64,000 nucleotides of DNA from Iphione sp. A-MEVVRFRX5 (taxonomy: Eukaryota). Each line of letters begins with the position of its first letter. Position 1 is the stretch's first letter. Below the pieces are notes generated by a model. The model was not told the DNA's origin. It saw only the letters and a list, made by a program, of their open reading frames with translations, and did not search any database. Shown here one piece after another: positions 38,225-50,477 of the stretch. Position numbers and translations under genes: made by a program. The DNA lies in assembly GCA_976226885.1 (NCBI GenBank), contig OZ320319.1, forward strand, positions 33,356,001-33,420,000, read 5' to 3'.

Positions 38225-38919
38225 CGAAAAAAGAGCTGACAAAGAGACAACCAGACAGGGAAGGTGATGTGGCTGAAAGACAAACAGAAAGCCAACATTT
38301 CAGAAAATGTCGAGATCATCGATTATCTGAGCCTATTCAATTGTCCCTGAAAGCTGACGGTATGTGGCATAATAAGCTCGGAGAGTTAAATTCTCGTGAA
38401 TACGTTAAGGCAGCACCTCCGTATGGAGATACTTAGAAGGGATGCGTCAGGTGGCGCCTCTGTATTAAGTTCCTACTCGGTTCCTGCTGACTGGATTGCT
38501 TTCTTCCACAAGGCTAGCACCAGAACAGATATGTGTATATGTGTATATTATACATACTACGTATCTGTATTATGCGTAGTTTTGGTCAAGAGGTTTCTTT
38601 CTGTTTCTTTCCATCTTTATCAATACCGTCCGATGTGTCTTGGACAGTCCCTCTGGCCAATATGGTATTTTCAACATGAACATCATTACGCATAATTAAG
38701 TCGATTTATGTGACTTAAATTGTTTCCTTTCTTCTATTTCAGGTGAGTCAACATTGCTAAAGGGATATTTCCACAAGGTTTGAACGTCACCAGAGATTTA
38801 GAACAGGATACACGAATTGAATACATGCATATAATTGAATGATTTCAATAGAATATATCATAATTTGATGTGTTATTTATTGCGGATAAAATAATACATT
38901 CGGTCTATATGCATGAGTA

Positions 38920-39234
38920 GGCCTAGATAAAAAAAAATTATCCGTGTTTCCGGTAACCCGACCCAACCTGATTTTTGTCCTAATGGATTTCAAATATTTT
39001 AATTGTGTTGTAATTATTTTCCAAATGAATAAAACTAGAGAATTATAAAATACACCATTGTCTTTCTTAGGACATTAGGTTTTATGTGATACACTGTCAT
39101 TAAAATCCAAGCAGTAGAATTAGTGGTTTAGAGCCATTTTACTGAAATGTTTGTGGGTAGAGATATACATGTACCCACCTACCGGCCCTACATTTTTTCA
39201 ACCCGTTTTTTGCGGGTGGGGGTGGGGGGGGGGC
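38920..39234. mobile_element. MITE family copy
   Basis: GGCCTAGATAAAAAAAAATTATCCGTGTTTCCGGTAACCCGACC left end; CCCACCTACCG near the right end; right terminus degraded but followed by TTA. Confidence 0.55.
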
Positions 39235-40099
39235 TTATCTACCCTCGAAAAACGTAGGTTAATGTGTGTTTATGTATTTCATCGCCATATTTATTGTATT
39301 GCACTTTATCGACACAGTCATCATCATATCATCTCCTTTACGCTACGTGATGGACGATATAAATATATTATTTGTGTCTGTCACGATATCGATTGTAATA
39401 GCAATAGGCTCCCATTTGTGAGTCTAATCAATACATATCTTTTGCGGAATATTTTGCTTAAGTGTTCTTCATTCCAAACTGGTCTGGTTGCAAGCCGAGT
39501 GTCTCCTGCGAGCGTTGCTATTTACAGACTTGCTCAATTTCCATGCTGATTGCGATTTTTACAAGCTAACCACCTTTTGGCTTCGATCTTATCACTCTGT
39601 CACGGCGTTTCGTTAACAGTTTCACACAAACGCTAAAAATGTGGTAATCGCGGTTCAACATCTCCCGAGGAACCACATTTTGGTGATTTTCATATGAACC
39701 CATGTATAATAATAAGAACACAATAATAATAACAATAGTGATAATAATGTTTTGATGTCATGATGCCATCTCCAATCGAGGAGCTTTTCATGTACAGACA
39801 TTTAGAACGGACACAACTTAATTTCATTGCAAGTACGGGCAACTGTGATACATAATACAGTCTTTACAGTCAATCACGGTAATGATAATGTAGTATAATC
39901 TGACAAGCCGCGCCGAATCAGAATAGAACGGCACCGCAAGAATTTTCAGTATAAATGTATCAGTGACATCTGCTAACAGTTCAACAAATGTAATACATGT
40001 GCATTGATCCAGAACGATGTCCCCTTGAATCCGTAAGAGTGTTTTTCTTTCCACCTGTAGGCCTTGAATCTGACGATATCCTTACAATTCATCAGTACC

Positions 40100-40100
40100 T

Positions 40101-40125
<25 letters not shown>
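40100..40125. repeat. (TA)n microsatellite
   Basis: Direct reading. Confidence 0.9.
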
Positions 40126-40131
<6 letters not shown>

Positions 40132-41399
40132 CATTGTATATATACATGTATATATATTGTGTGTGTTTCCTTTCACAAAATTACATAACCATGTGGCCTA
40201 TATCTTATACAAGTGCCTTAAGGGTACTCTTAATAGACTGAACATTTTTCAAAGCTAGTAACTATGTTTTCTGGCAGCTGCTTCCCTTCCACAGCGTTTG
40301 TTTTTATTCCATAGTTTTCTATGTTCTTCTCCTCCACACTGAGAATCAGTGAGGTAAGGCTGCTCGTTGAACCCATGCCTAGGTAACACGTCATGTCTGA
40401 GTGCTGACAAAGAGATAGATTGGGGACCTTTACAGCAGAAGTGGCCTGTGCCAACCGGAAATGGGCATTTTTCTTTACGGGACACTTCAGCGCGTCTATT
40501 TCAGTCTAACTTCTTCCGATGCGGACTTTGCCACCATAATGAACCGGTCATAAAACATAATTGAGGGCGAAAATAAACAGGAAAGATAAGTTACCAGTTT
40601 GCATGATTAAATACATATACATGTACATGTCGAGCCTTTCTCTGCGTAACACTCTTTTGCTGTTCCCTAGAATCCAAAATATTGTACATGTATTGATAAG
40701 CCGACAGTATGTGAATACACACTGCAATGAAGAAAAGATCGTAAATATGATGGCCACAACATCTTCATACCATTAAGACATTAAGGCATCAGATAGCAGC
40801 GAGGAAGAAATGAGATCTTTCGGTCAGTTTAAGTCAGGTCAGCCATTTGAGTATGAATGGACTTCGACAGTGTGCTAGATTAGCCAAGAAAACAAATTTC
40901 ATATAAAAAGGTCAGGGTGGAGAAGTGGTCCTGGCTTACAAGCGATAAGCCCCGCGCTTGACAACCAATTCGTAAACGGGCGGAAGTAACACAAACCGAC
41001 CATGTAGTTTCATAAGAGGCCTCGTCAACAACGGCTCCAAGTTTTCTTGTGATATGTATGAGCAGGAAATTCTAAATTGTCTCGTCAAATATGTACAGAT
41101 ATATAGCTATTATAGGAGGTTTAACGGAAATTCTAATCGAATGCTTCTTTTTTCCGTTTAGCTTCCTTTTCCTTTTAGAATTCAGCTGTCGAGAACTAGA
41201 TGACCTCGAATTTTTTTCTTAAAAGCATTGTGTATATTAGAGCACCCATTCTCTGCCAGCATGATTCGCGACGCATCAAATCTGTCTGCTCAACTCATTA
41301 TGTCCGATGATGAGTTTGAAATCTGAGTTGAACTCAAACTGACAGCGAGAGGATAATTGTGAAAGATGAATGCATCGCGAAATGGAGCCATAAAGCGAA

Positions 41400-41600
41400 G
41401 TGAACAAAATCGTGTGATGCCACTGTTAATTAGTATCATCCATCTTTGTCTATCTTCGGCCAGAGGCCTAACAACATAGCTTGGATTATTGCATCCCGTC
41501 GGTTTAACATCCATCAAGTTCCCATACCTACGTAGGATATCACACAGCATGGAGCTACAATGCGTTCATCTCTAGGATTTATGTCCTCCTCTCCCCAAAA
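41400..41600 (-). mobile_element. Possible RTE-type LINE 3'-end remnant
   Basis: LCDILRRY...VRPLAEDRQRWMILI resembles the RTE terminal W.D.I....LAQDR..W motif. Confidence 0.4.
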
Positions 41601-42449
41601 CAAATTGGCGCGGAGTCCATTCTATTGGCAGTTGCAGGTTCCCCCCCGACGTCTCCGCTGTGAGTATAATTAGCCACGTGATACGTCCAAAAATACAGAC
41701 AGCTACATTAGCGTGCTGACGTCACACGCATCCCCACACATTGTCGTCGGCAGAGGCACAGTCACTGGGCCACACACATATTTAAAGGATGAAGATTTAC
41801 TCTTAGCGAACCATCTGTTTGGCTAGGCCAACCCTGAAGTCCAACAAGGCATACACGTTTCGGTAGAAGCAGCTGTGATCCTGACCTCTAGGGATGCCGT
41901 AAAGCCGCTGTTGCGCACGCGCGTGGAATGTCAATTGCTATTCGGTCCTACTCCTTCATCAGAAGGCCTGAAAATCCCCTTCGCCAGAAGCCAGTCAGAA
42001 CAAGACAGTGTGTTTGCAAGGAAAGCCGGACAGCAATAGAATTTTTTTTCGCAGGGAATAAGCCTGCGACGAATCTTTAGCACTACACAGTCGTATTATA
42101 CCAATGCTGTCACGCCAAGTTCGCAAGGAACCCAAATCTATTCAAAATTAACGCCTACCCTCGTATATTCAGGGGTGTTTTCCCTAAGGGCCAATAGACG
42201 TTGGACCGTATCATAAACGTCCCACCGCCATCAGTAATAACTTCGACGCCACTGCTACGTCCTAACCTGTAGAGCGCAAGTTTGTCTTGGGTGTGCTTGC
42301 ATGATAATATAAGAATCACTTGGTGGTTTTCCGGCCAGTTTGCGCGCGGTAAAGCTCTTGCTTATTTGCTAGTGTATCGGAACCTTGAAATTTGACGAGT
42401 CACAGTTGCTCGGGTTCCCAGTGCATTCATAACAATGTCTCCTTGATTA

Positions 42450-42885
42450 GGCAAAAAAAGAGACCTGTTTCCGCTAACATGGTTAGAAAAAGATAGGTCG
42501 GTAGGTAGGTGTATTTTTTACTTCTCTTTTTTAAATGGTAACTGATATTTAGAACAATAAATGTGTAGACTGATATCACTTCTACTGCACAGAATTTGAT
42601 AAAGTTGATATCGTACGAAAGCCTGTATCTTTATTTACTCACATATTCACAAAACAAGAATACAATAACATCTTCCATTTGGACTAAAAGAAGGGTCAGT
42701 CGGGTTACCGGAAACACAGATAATTTCTTACTAGCCTTATCCTTTTTATACTATTATACTTCATGTTCAAAGGGTACTAGGCTAAGTAAGTGGTTGTAAA
42801 GTACAATGCAAAAAAATTAGTATCAAAATTGGCTTTAATGTAGGGTCAGTAGGGTTACCGGAAACAGAGAACTTTTTATTAGGCC
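42450..42885. mobile_element. MITE-like non-autonomous DNA transposon (TWA-flanked, GG...CC ends; PIF/Harbinger- or Zator-like); unit 42450-42736 plus a second right end at 42885
   Basis: TTA|GGCAAAAAAAGAGACCTGTTTCCGCTAAC left end; GGGTTACCGGAAAC...AGCC|TTA (42736) and GGGTTACCGGAAAC...AGGCC|TTA (42885) right ends; internal GGTCGGTAGGTAGG motif. Confidence 0.65.
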
Positions 42886-43687
42886 TTACCAAAAAGAAAA
42901 GTGGCTATGAGCCAATACGTTTCTATTAAATAGTGTCCTATTAATTTCATGAAATTTCATTTCATGATAATATAAAGGAAGATGGGGGATTTGGACAAAA
43001 TCGCCACGAAGTGGCGGTGTACGTGCAGAAACAACTTTTTGCACACCAATGAACATAGAATCTCAGATTGTAACCACAGTACTACCTACGCTGATAAGTA
43101 AAAGGTTCCATTCTGGCTAAAATAAATTTCTTTGAACGCTTTTAGTTATCCTTTCAAAACACAAATTCGCACGATCATGCACATGCTCATTAATATTTAC
43201 TAGAATGCCAACAGTTATCTGCAAATACCAGTTTCTATGGTCAAGACATAGAATGATATAAATACTGTAGTCTGTTAGGTTTTTTAAATACTTTTATTAT
43301 ACCTGATGATAGAATGAATGTTATGAATACATATGCAGAAAAGAACTCAAGGCGAATACAGATGTGACGGTACCTTTTTAAAAAAAAAAAAATTATTTAG
43401 CCTAACATTCCAATCGTGCCACAATCCAAAACAGTACAAATAGCTTGACTTCTTATTCTATTCTATATACAGTATTAACAATATATACAGTATGCACAAT
43501 GATGCCAACATGAGAACATCTAATCAGTACAAAGCAATATGTTAGACATTGAGATTTTATGTACATTATATACATATGCATCTTTTCTACAATTATCTTA
43601 ATTGGTAGGTTATACAAGTGGCCGCTACAGTGAGAGTAAATGATTTGCTCAATTTAGGAGACTTTCCAGTTTTTTGCTGTTCAATCT

Positions 43688-44110
43688 TTCAAATAATGCT
43701 TGCTTTACTTCTTGTTTGAATTTTCCCTTATGGGATTTTATTTATTCATCCTTCAAATTGTTCCAGAATGCAGTGGTATTATACGGTGGGTTTAATTTAA
43801 AGCTGGCCCTTCTAGGGAGTGTTAGTGGCAGGTGAATTTTTCCTGAATTTACTTGTCATTTTCAATTCCCTGTACTTGGGATATAGTTTCTTGTGGAAGA
43901 CAGACAAAGAAAAATATTCACTAAGTTGCTCGAGAGGCAATATACCTACAGTTTTGCAGAGGATTCTGTAGTCATCACTGAAATTTCTTGTAGTTATTCT
44001 TATGGTCTTTCTAATTGCTTATCTAACCTCTTAAATTCGGGAGAGTCGTATCAGTGAATGGATCCTATTCCATATTCGATAACTGGCATAAAGTATGTTT
44101 TTAACATACC
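43688..44110 (-). mobile_element. LINE (CR1/L2/Crack-like) ORF2 3'-end remnant
   Basis: LKTYFMPVIEYG; LCKTVGILPLEQL; TAFWNNLKDE; FKQEVKQAL, the usual post-RT motifs in order, split by stops and frameshifts. Confidence 0.6.
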
Positions 44111-45580
44111 TTATGGTGTATCGAAGGGTGATATGACATGTAGAATCTGAGAAGGGAGATGCATTACGCATCCGTTTGATATCATGTATCCTGAAGGCTT
44201 TTCTCCAGTTAACTACTAAGGAGAAGGTATTGGTTTAGTGCTTTCCGGTTTGTACTTCATAAGCGACTGTATGATAAGTATGAGGCAGATTTAGGCGCCT
44301 CTGGGAATGATGCCCTATCGTGGCCAGGGCGGCCTGTCTATGGCTTCGAGTCAAGTCAAACTATCACCAAGCCACACCTAAGCGAAAACTAAACCGTCAC
44401 CTCCAAGTCATTCCATGACAAAATTATGCTTTGACCAAGTCGCGCCTTGACAAAGTCAGAACATCACTAAACTGCAGAATAACTAAGATACAGCATTGTG
44501 GATTGCAAACAGTCGGGGCCCCTGTGAGGGAACAGGCAGTTGATGTCGGCAATGGATGAGGAGCCGGTGTGTGTGCGTAAGTCTATTGAGTCTGTGTTAT
44601 TGAATGCAACTGGTGTGTGTAAATAAACGTAACAGGTGCGAGTTACTGAATGTAGCTGGAATGTATGCTCGAGTATACATGTATGTTAGTGTAGGTATGT
44701 ACGTACGTAGGTGTGAGTGTATGAGAGGATACATCATTTCTCCCTTATTCCTTCACATTGTCCCTGGCTCTTGCATACTCTACCGCAGTGTCCATCGCTC
44801 TATGGAAAATTTCACTGAGGCGAAATTCCTTGAGAAAGTATACGTCTTTATATTTATCTTTGCACACCAATTTTTATACTTGCTCATTTCGAAACATTAT
44901 GCCTGAGGCTTTTTAGTGTAGACATCATTTTTCCAGATTTCGACTAGCTACAGCAGTACACAGATTAGCCAGGTTGAAAGCAATATGATGTGGTATCGGC
45001 TAACAGTCGTGCACTTTCAATACTGTAGTATCACACAGAGAACGCAGAACTCTGATCAAAATGTTCCCGTACGTTAAGGTTCAGGCAGCAATATTTCAAT
45101 CAGTTCCCAAGAAAACTTTGGTGAGAGGGACCATTTTGGGCTTGCATTACATGATAATAATACGCAAGGTTTAGCAAATAACGAACTGACGCTAGTGTCA
45201 TTAATCTAGTAGCTAATACCAAGGACTATTGAACTATCGACACCTATTTATAGGAGCATAAAATCCTCTGATATCGACCCCATCGCTGCTATGCAACCTA
45301 TGTCATGGATATATACGAATCAAGGTCCCAACATAGCACAGTTTTATGGCAAATGGTCTTTTCTTTACTTAGTATAAATTGGGGTGGTCGTTGAATTAAT
45401 ACGTGTAATCAGCTGTTTCAATTGAGAATGCCTGTCAAATAGGTCTACCATGGACGTTCATATTTAAAAGTCAGATATTACAGGTATACCTCTCTTTAAG
45501 AGGTAGATGTATCCCATGAAGTCATTCCATTGAGAGAAAATTCTCTTCAGAGGTATACTACAACAACACTAATATTTATA

Positions 45581-45876
45581 GGCCAATCAAAAATACATGT
45601 TTTCCCCGTATTTCGACCGACCGTTTTGTTTTATTATTGTTTGTGAATATCTTGACACTGAATAAGGTTACATACTCATAATTTACACCATATTGCTGCT
45701 TATGTCATTAACTTTCATATGATATACATGTCATTAACATAAGTGGAGTATTAGTAGTATTACCATGCACATTTGTTCTTTCCAGGAACCATTAACAATG
45801 AAAATAAAACAGAAAAAACACCCCTACCTACCGATCTATGTTTCCAATATGTTACCGGAAACATATTTTTTAGGTC
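45581..45876. mobile_element. MITE family copy
   Basis: ATA|GGCCAATCAAAAATACATGTTTTCC left; CCTACCTACCGATC...GTTACCGGAAACATATTTTTTAGGTC|TTA right. Confidence 0.55.
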
Positions 45877-47290
45877 TTATCTAGATATTTTTTTAACTAA
45901 TTCAAAAGTGGTCCCTTCTCACAAAAAACCGCAGCGTCGTCATAAAGAAGCTTTGCCCCCAGCTTCCTTGTAAATAAAGGTATGCCTTCAAGTTACCTGT
46001 AGAATACATTTTCATATTATCCATGGTATATCAAGTTTCCACTGCAACTGCTGCTAGAAACGTGCAGACCTATTTAGATGGGTGCACTCTAATACTGGGA
46101 AAGTCGCAAAATATAGATTGGCTCATGGAATTAATCTAACGGATCATCCATGGTTTATAACAGGAGAATGAGGCTGCCCGAGGGTCACCGCATTGTACAC
46201 ATCCGGATTTCTATTAGCCATAATTCTACCAAGTCAGCAACGTATGAGAAAATAGTACTAAAAGCCCCACGTATACGCCACATTTCAGACGCTTTTGATT
46301 CGAATATTCCAGGCTCCCTTTCTTCCGTTTAAGTCTTTCGTCGGGATTGCAGCCCCTTAAAAACGCTTCATGCTCATGAAGCAGCATGCTTCATTTTCTA
46401 TGATATATCGACAGGCCGTCATATAAATCCTTGTCCTCTCCTCAGCTGCAGAATGTGGCTATTGAACTAATAGGGCAACCGCACAAATACATTATTAAAC
46501 ATGCCATTCTTTACGTCCTTTGGGTCCGTCATAAGGGTACCTGTAGCCGCTTTTGTTGGCTCAGCTTTACGTTATCGTTAGATAATACAGTAGGTACCAC
46601 ATGGGCTATTTGGTCAGACCCACCTGTCTGGTGAGTGGCCGGACCTCGTTGTCTGTCAACATCAAGCAGCCAATACAGCCGGCCCCAATGTCGGCGTCTG
46701 TAAACAAGTCCGGCGTTTAATCCCGAACATGTTCATTGCGATACTTCAAACCCTACGTTTCAACAAAGCACACGACCTCACATCAACACACAATCGGAGG
46801 CCCTGGGCGATACTGGTTTAAGGTCCGTATCGCTTAGAAATTACATGGCAAATGTGGGGAACATTTCATTTAACATGTGAACATGCATAGCGTAACCCGT
46901 CAACGCACTCCAGTGCTGATATTTCTCAGCAGTGGTCTCACACTAGCGCAGTAATCCATATATTAGTTATAAGTACATGTAGACAGACCTGTATCAGGAA
47001 TTTGATTCATGAAGCTGATCTTAAATTAAATGATGTCGTAATAAATTCGTCCACCTTCCGACGTAAATAAAAGATTAATGCCTGTTATCTTTTTCATGCG
47101 GTCCCCGTTTGATTGAGGTGTGTCTTTTCAAGTGCATGAAAGAGCAAATAGAGCATTTTTATGGTCGTTTGGGAGGTCGTTTCTCTTATGATGATTTTCT
47201 TGAAATGATTGATTTGCTCTCGGAAGAAGACAAATAATCTTCCTACGCGAACTTGCTCAACAACACCTGAATTAACTGTTCTTGTAATAA

Positions 47291-47598
47291 GGCCGAGAAA
47301 ATATCTGTGTTTCTAGTACAAGGTTGACAAAATATAGGGTCGGTTGATAGGTGTTTCTTTCTTATTTTCAGTAATACTGGAGTCTGAAAACAATAAATGT
47401 GTCTTTCCAAGCCTGTGCTACCACTTCCACTATTCAACGAAACTTATATCCCATGAAAGCTGATGCTGCAAAGAAGGAAATGGTGCATTTTACAAGTCTC
47501 TAGCAGTTTTTATTTTGAAGATATTTACAGAACAATAAAACAAAACATGGGGTCAGTCGGGTTACCACAGGCAGAGATAATCAAAGAAAATCAGGGTC
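47291..47598. mobile_element. MITE family copy (same orientation as the 42450 copy)
   Basis: TAA|GGCCGAGAAAATATCTGTGTTTC left, AGGGTCGGTTGATAGG internal, GGGTCAGTCGGGTTACC near the right end; right boundary approximate. Confidence 0.5.
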
Positions 47599-50398
47599 AG
47601 TCTAATGACTAGAAGCAAAGGTTTGTTTTTTTTTCTAAAGACTAGAAGCAAAGGTATTTTCTATTGAGAGCTACGGTGGAATAACCCTCACAAAGCGCTA
47701 CAAAGACGCTTTTTTCAATTTATTGTCCAGGCTTCTAACTATTCGTAGTAACGGTGCCTGTATACATGCCAAGGGCATTGGCGCCTCCATGACTCGGCTC
47801 TATCTATCATAGAAGATCATTAGATCAATGCTAGATCAAGTACATGTATATGGGGAGGATAGACACACTGCCATTGTACGCCGCGTGGAACGTGCAGTCG
47901 GGTCGCATGTCATGGCATCAAGCCAAGCATATGGTTATTAGGGGAGCCCGCGGATAATACGCCATACCCACGCTTCTCCGTCTCCCTATGTGTGCGCCTG
48001 CCGGATCCGCAATCCTGTGAGCAGCTTGTCCTTCGGCTTCATTCCGGCGGCCTTTTAGCCCATGCCTCTCCTCGTTTTCAAACTGCCCCTGGAGAAACGC
48101 ATGGGAAGTTTTAAGAGATGTCCCTCTGTGTCTCCTGTGTCCGGACCGTAAACCGCACAGTCATGCAATCGTGTGTGCTGGACCTGCCTGTTGGAGAGTC
48201 GTAAAGGCCAATCAGTACATATGCATCCTTTTAGGCCCCTCGTGTCTTGTCACTTTTGCCTAGGCCTTGCAACAGGGGTTGGAGAACTAAACCATATATT
48301 AGCGCTTTTAGTAACAGGGATCCACGCGTCGCCGACAAGAAACAATACTTCAATCAAACATAAAGAACGTCACAAATTAGTGTAAGCTTATGTAGCTCCT
48401 TGTGCCGGGCTTTTGCATGAAGGGGAAAATATCGACTGCATCTTTAAGCCTCACATAAGCCTTAGTTTTAGTAATCTGAAAGTAGACCTTATTGGCTATA
48501 TGAATATGACCTTGCCCCTGCATATCGATAACGCGATGCATGAGCACTACAGCTGCTGTCACGTAGATGGAAAGATGTATTCAAGCGACCGCAGACTACA
48601 GTGACGCAACAAGGTTTCCTCTCTGGACAGTGAATGACATGCAGCCCTGTACAAAGGTTAAGTAAGATTAGCATAACTATCAATCTATCCGAAGCTCCTC
48701 CTAACCGTGACGTAATAGTAATTGGCTCTAATTACTGAAGCAGGGAAGTGTAAGAGAACCAAATATGTAACAAAAGTTGACCTTTCATGGCATAGGTACG
48801 AATTCTGCCTATGATACTACTATATAGATTTTCTGCTATTTGCATATACTTGTACATGTACCTGTCATATATTGGCACCTTGGTAGTTTTGACCTGATAT
48901 CCTCCATTGAGATAGCGTGTGGTCAATAATGAAATGATACGACTTCCAATGCGAAAAGTTAGGGCACTATAGTTTTTTTTCTCAGCAGGATTTGTCAGAA
49001 AATCTTTTACTGGGAATTTAGCTTCAAAAAATAAGCGTGTATTATCACCAAATGTAACATGCTTTCTGTCACAGCTCCCGGGTTAAGCTGACAGGAATAA
49101 TAAAGCGATTTATTTAAACGGTAGGACTATACACACCCATGCTACATATTTGTATGATGCCTGCTTCCCACATTACTGGAGGCCCGACGAACAGGGACAG
49201 GTCGCCTTGGGTGTCGATACTTGTGTCGATGGTAGCAGTTGTTGACGTGATGGCGGCCTCGGTTTGGTGGCGCTACGACCACCAGCAAAACCACCAGCAG
49301 CGGCGGTGGCGGTAGCAGCGGCGGCGTAGGCAGCAGCGGCAGCAGGAGACAAAAGCGAAAAGAACACGAGCTAGCCGCGTGGCTCACAGAAGTGGCCGTT
49401 GCAGTAGTAGTGGGCCTGGTGGGCCTGGATAGAGCCTCTCTTCTCCTCCTTTGAACACCACGCACCTCTCGGGCGGTCGCTGCTGTTGTCGTTGTTGTTC
49501 CATCTTCGTCAACAGAGTTCTCCGTTCGCACCTGATTACCAGGAGATTCCCACGGAGGACTGTCAACCAACGTCTCCCCTATTCAGATTTTGATCGTCGC
49601 CGGACAACTCCGCCAGGCTGGACCGCCAAGTGGTACGGGAAAGCTCCTGTCATTATCGGTAGAAGAGCTGCTCATATGCGGCCGCCGTTCAACAACCGGA
49701 GCCTGCTAAACCCCCTTACTTGCCGAGGAGCTCTCTGCACAAAAGCTGTATGAAGGGCTCCTTAAGTATGCGGCAGAACGGTGGGCCTATGCTCATAAAA
49801 GGGTTTTAAGGTTCGCGGTGGTGTGACCGCTCCAGGTATATAAGAAATACGAAAGGTACGCCAGCTTTGCCTTTCGCCTAACCTAGGTTCAGATATACAC
49901 CAGTTGCCATGATGCCGAAGTGAAGCCGCCTCATGGGAAAGGATAGACAGAGTGGGCCGCAGTACCGTTCAGTATTTCTCATAGGAAACTGAGGAAGACA
50001 TTATACACGAATATACCATTTTGCCCATGTGAAAACTTAATTTCTGCCTCTTTGTGTGCATAGCAGAGGTGCAGAGTTATTCCGGGTCATCTTTTAAGAA
50101 GAACACGAATATCAGTAAAAGGCAGCTATCCTGACTTTCAAGTCGCATCTATCAGTCCTGGAAGAGTCTGCGTGCTAAACTAATACGTTGCAATTGGAAG
50201 GGAAACAGGCAGGCCAAATGCAGTTCAGCAGTTACATTCTTTGAGGAGGCCTGGCTTTTCTTTTGTATTGGAATCACCGGCACAGGATTGATACGATCAC
50301 AAGGGTACCTTTGGTGTGATCGACCCGCGTTTGGACTATCTAAAGGCAACACCACGATTATTACAATCAGGATATACCTACGGGTCACCAGGGACAAC

Positions 50399-50477
50399 AT
50401 GTTCGCTCTGTCCCGACGTTTCTCTCGGAAGTTCTCCAAGACGTTTAGCTCTTTCCTTCACAAACCGATCGAAGGGG
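50399..50477 (+). CDS. Candidate alternative first coding exon of the KChIP gene (MFALSRRFSRKFSKTFSSFLHKPIEG)
   Basis: CAAC-ATG start context, 26 codons + 1 nt, then G|GTGAGT donor in phase 1. Joining to 62997 gives GAC (Asp) and continues in frame. Basic amphipathic peptide. No transcript evidence. Confidence 0.5.

Noticed and set aside
46601-46636. MGYLVRPTCL + GTGAGT donor
   Set aside because: Phase 0, so it cannot join the phase-1 core exon, and no bridging exon was found.
49142-49570. 142-aa minus-strand ORF and overlapping ORFs
   Set aside because: Products of GCA/GCG/GTT low-complexity sequence; no domain or splice support.
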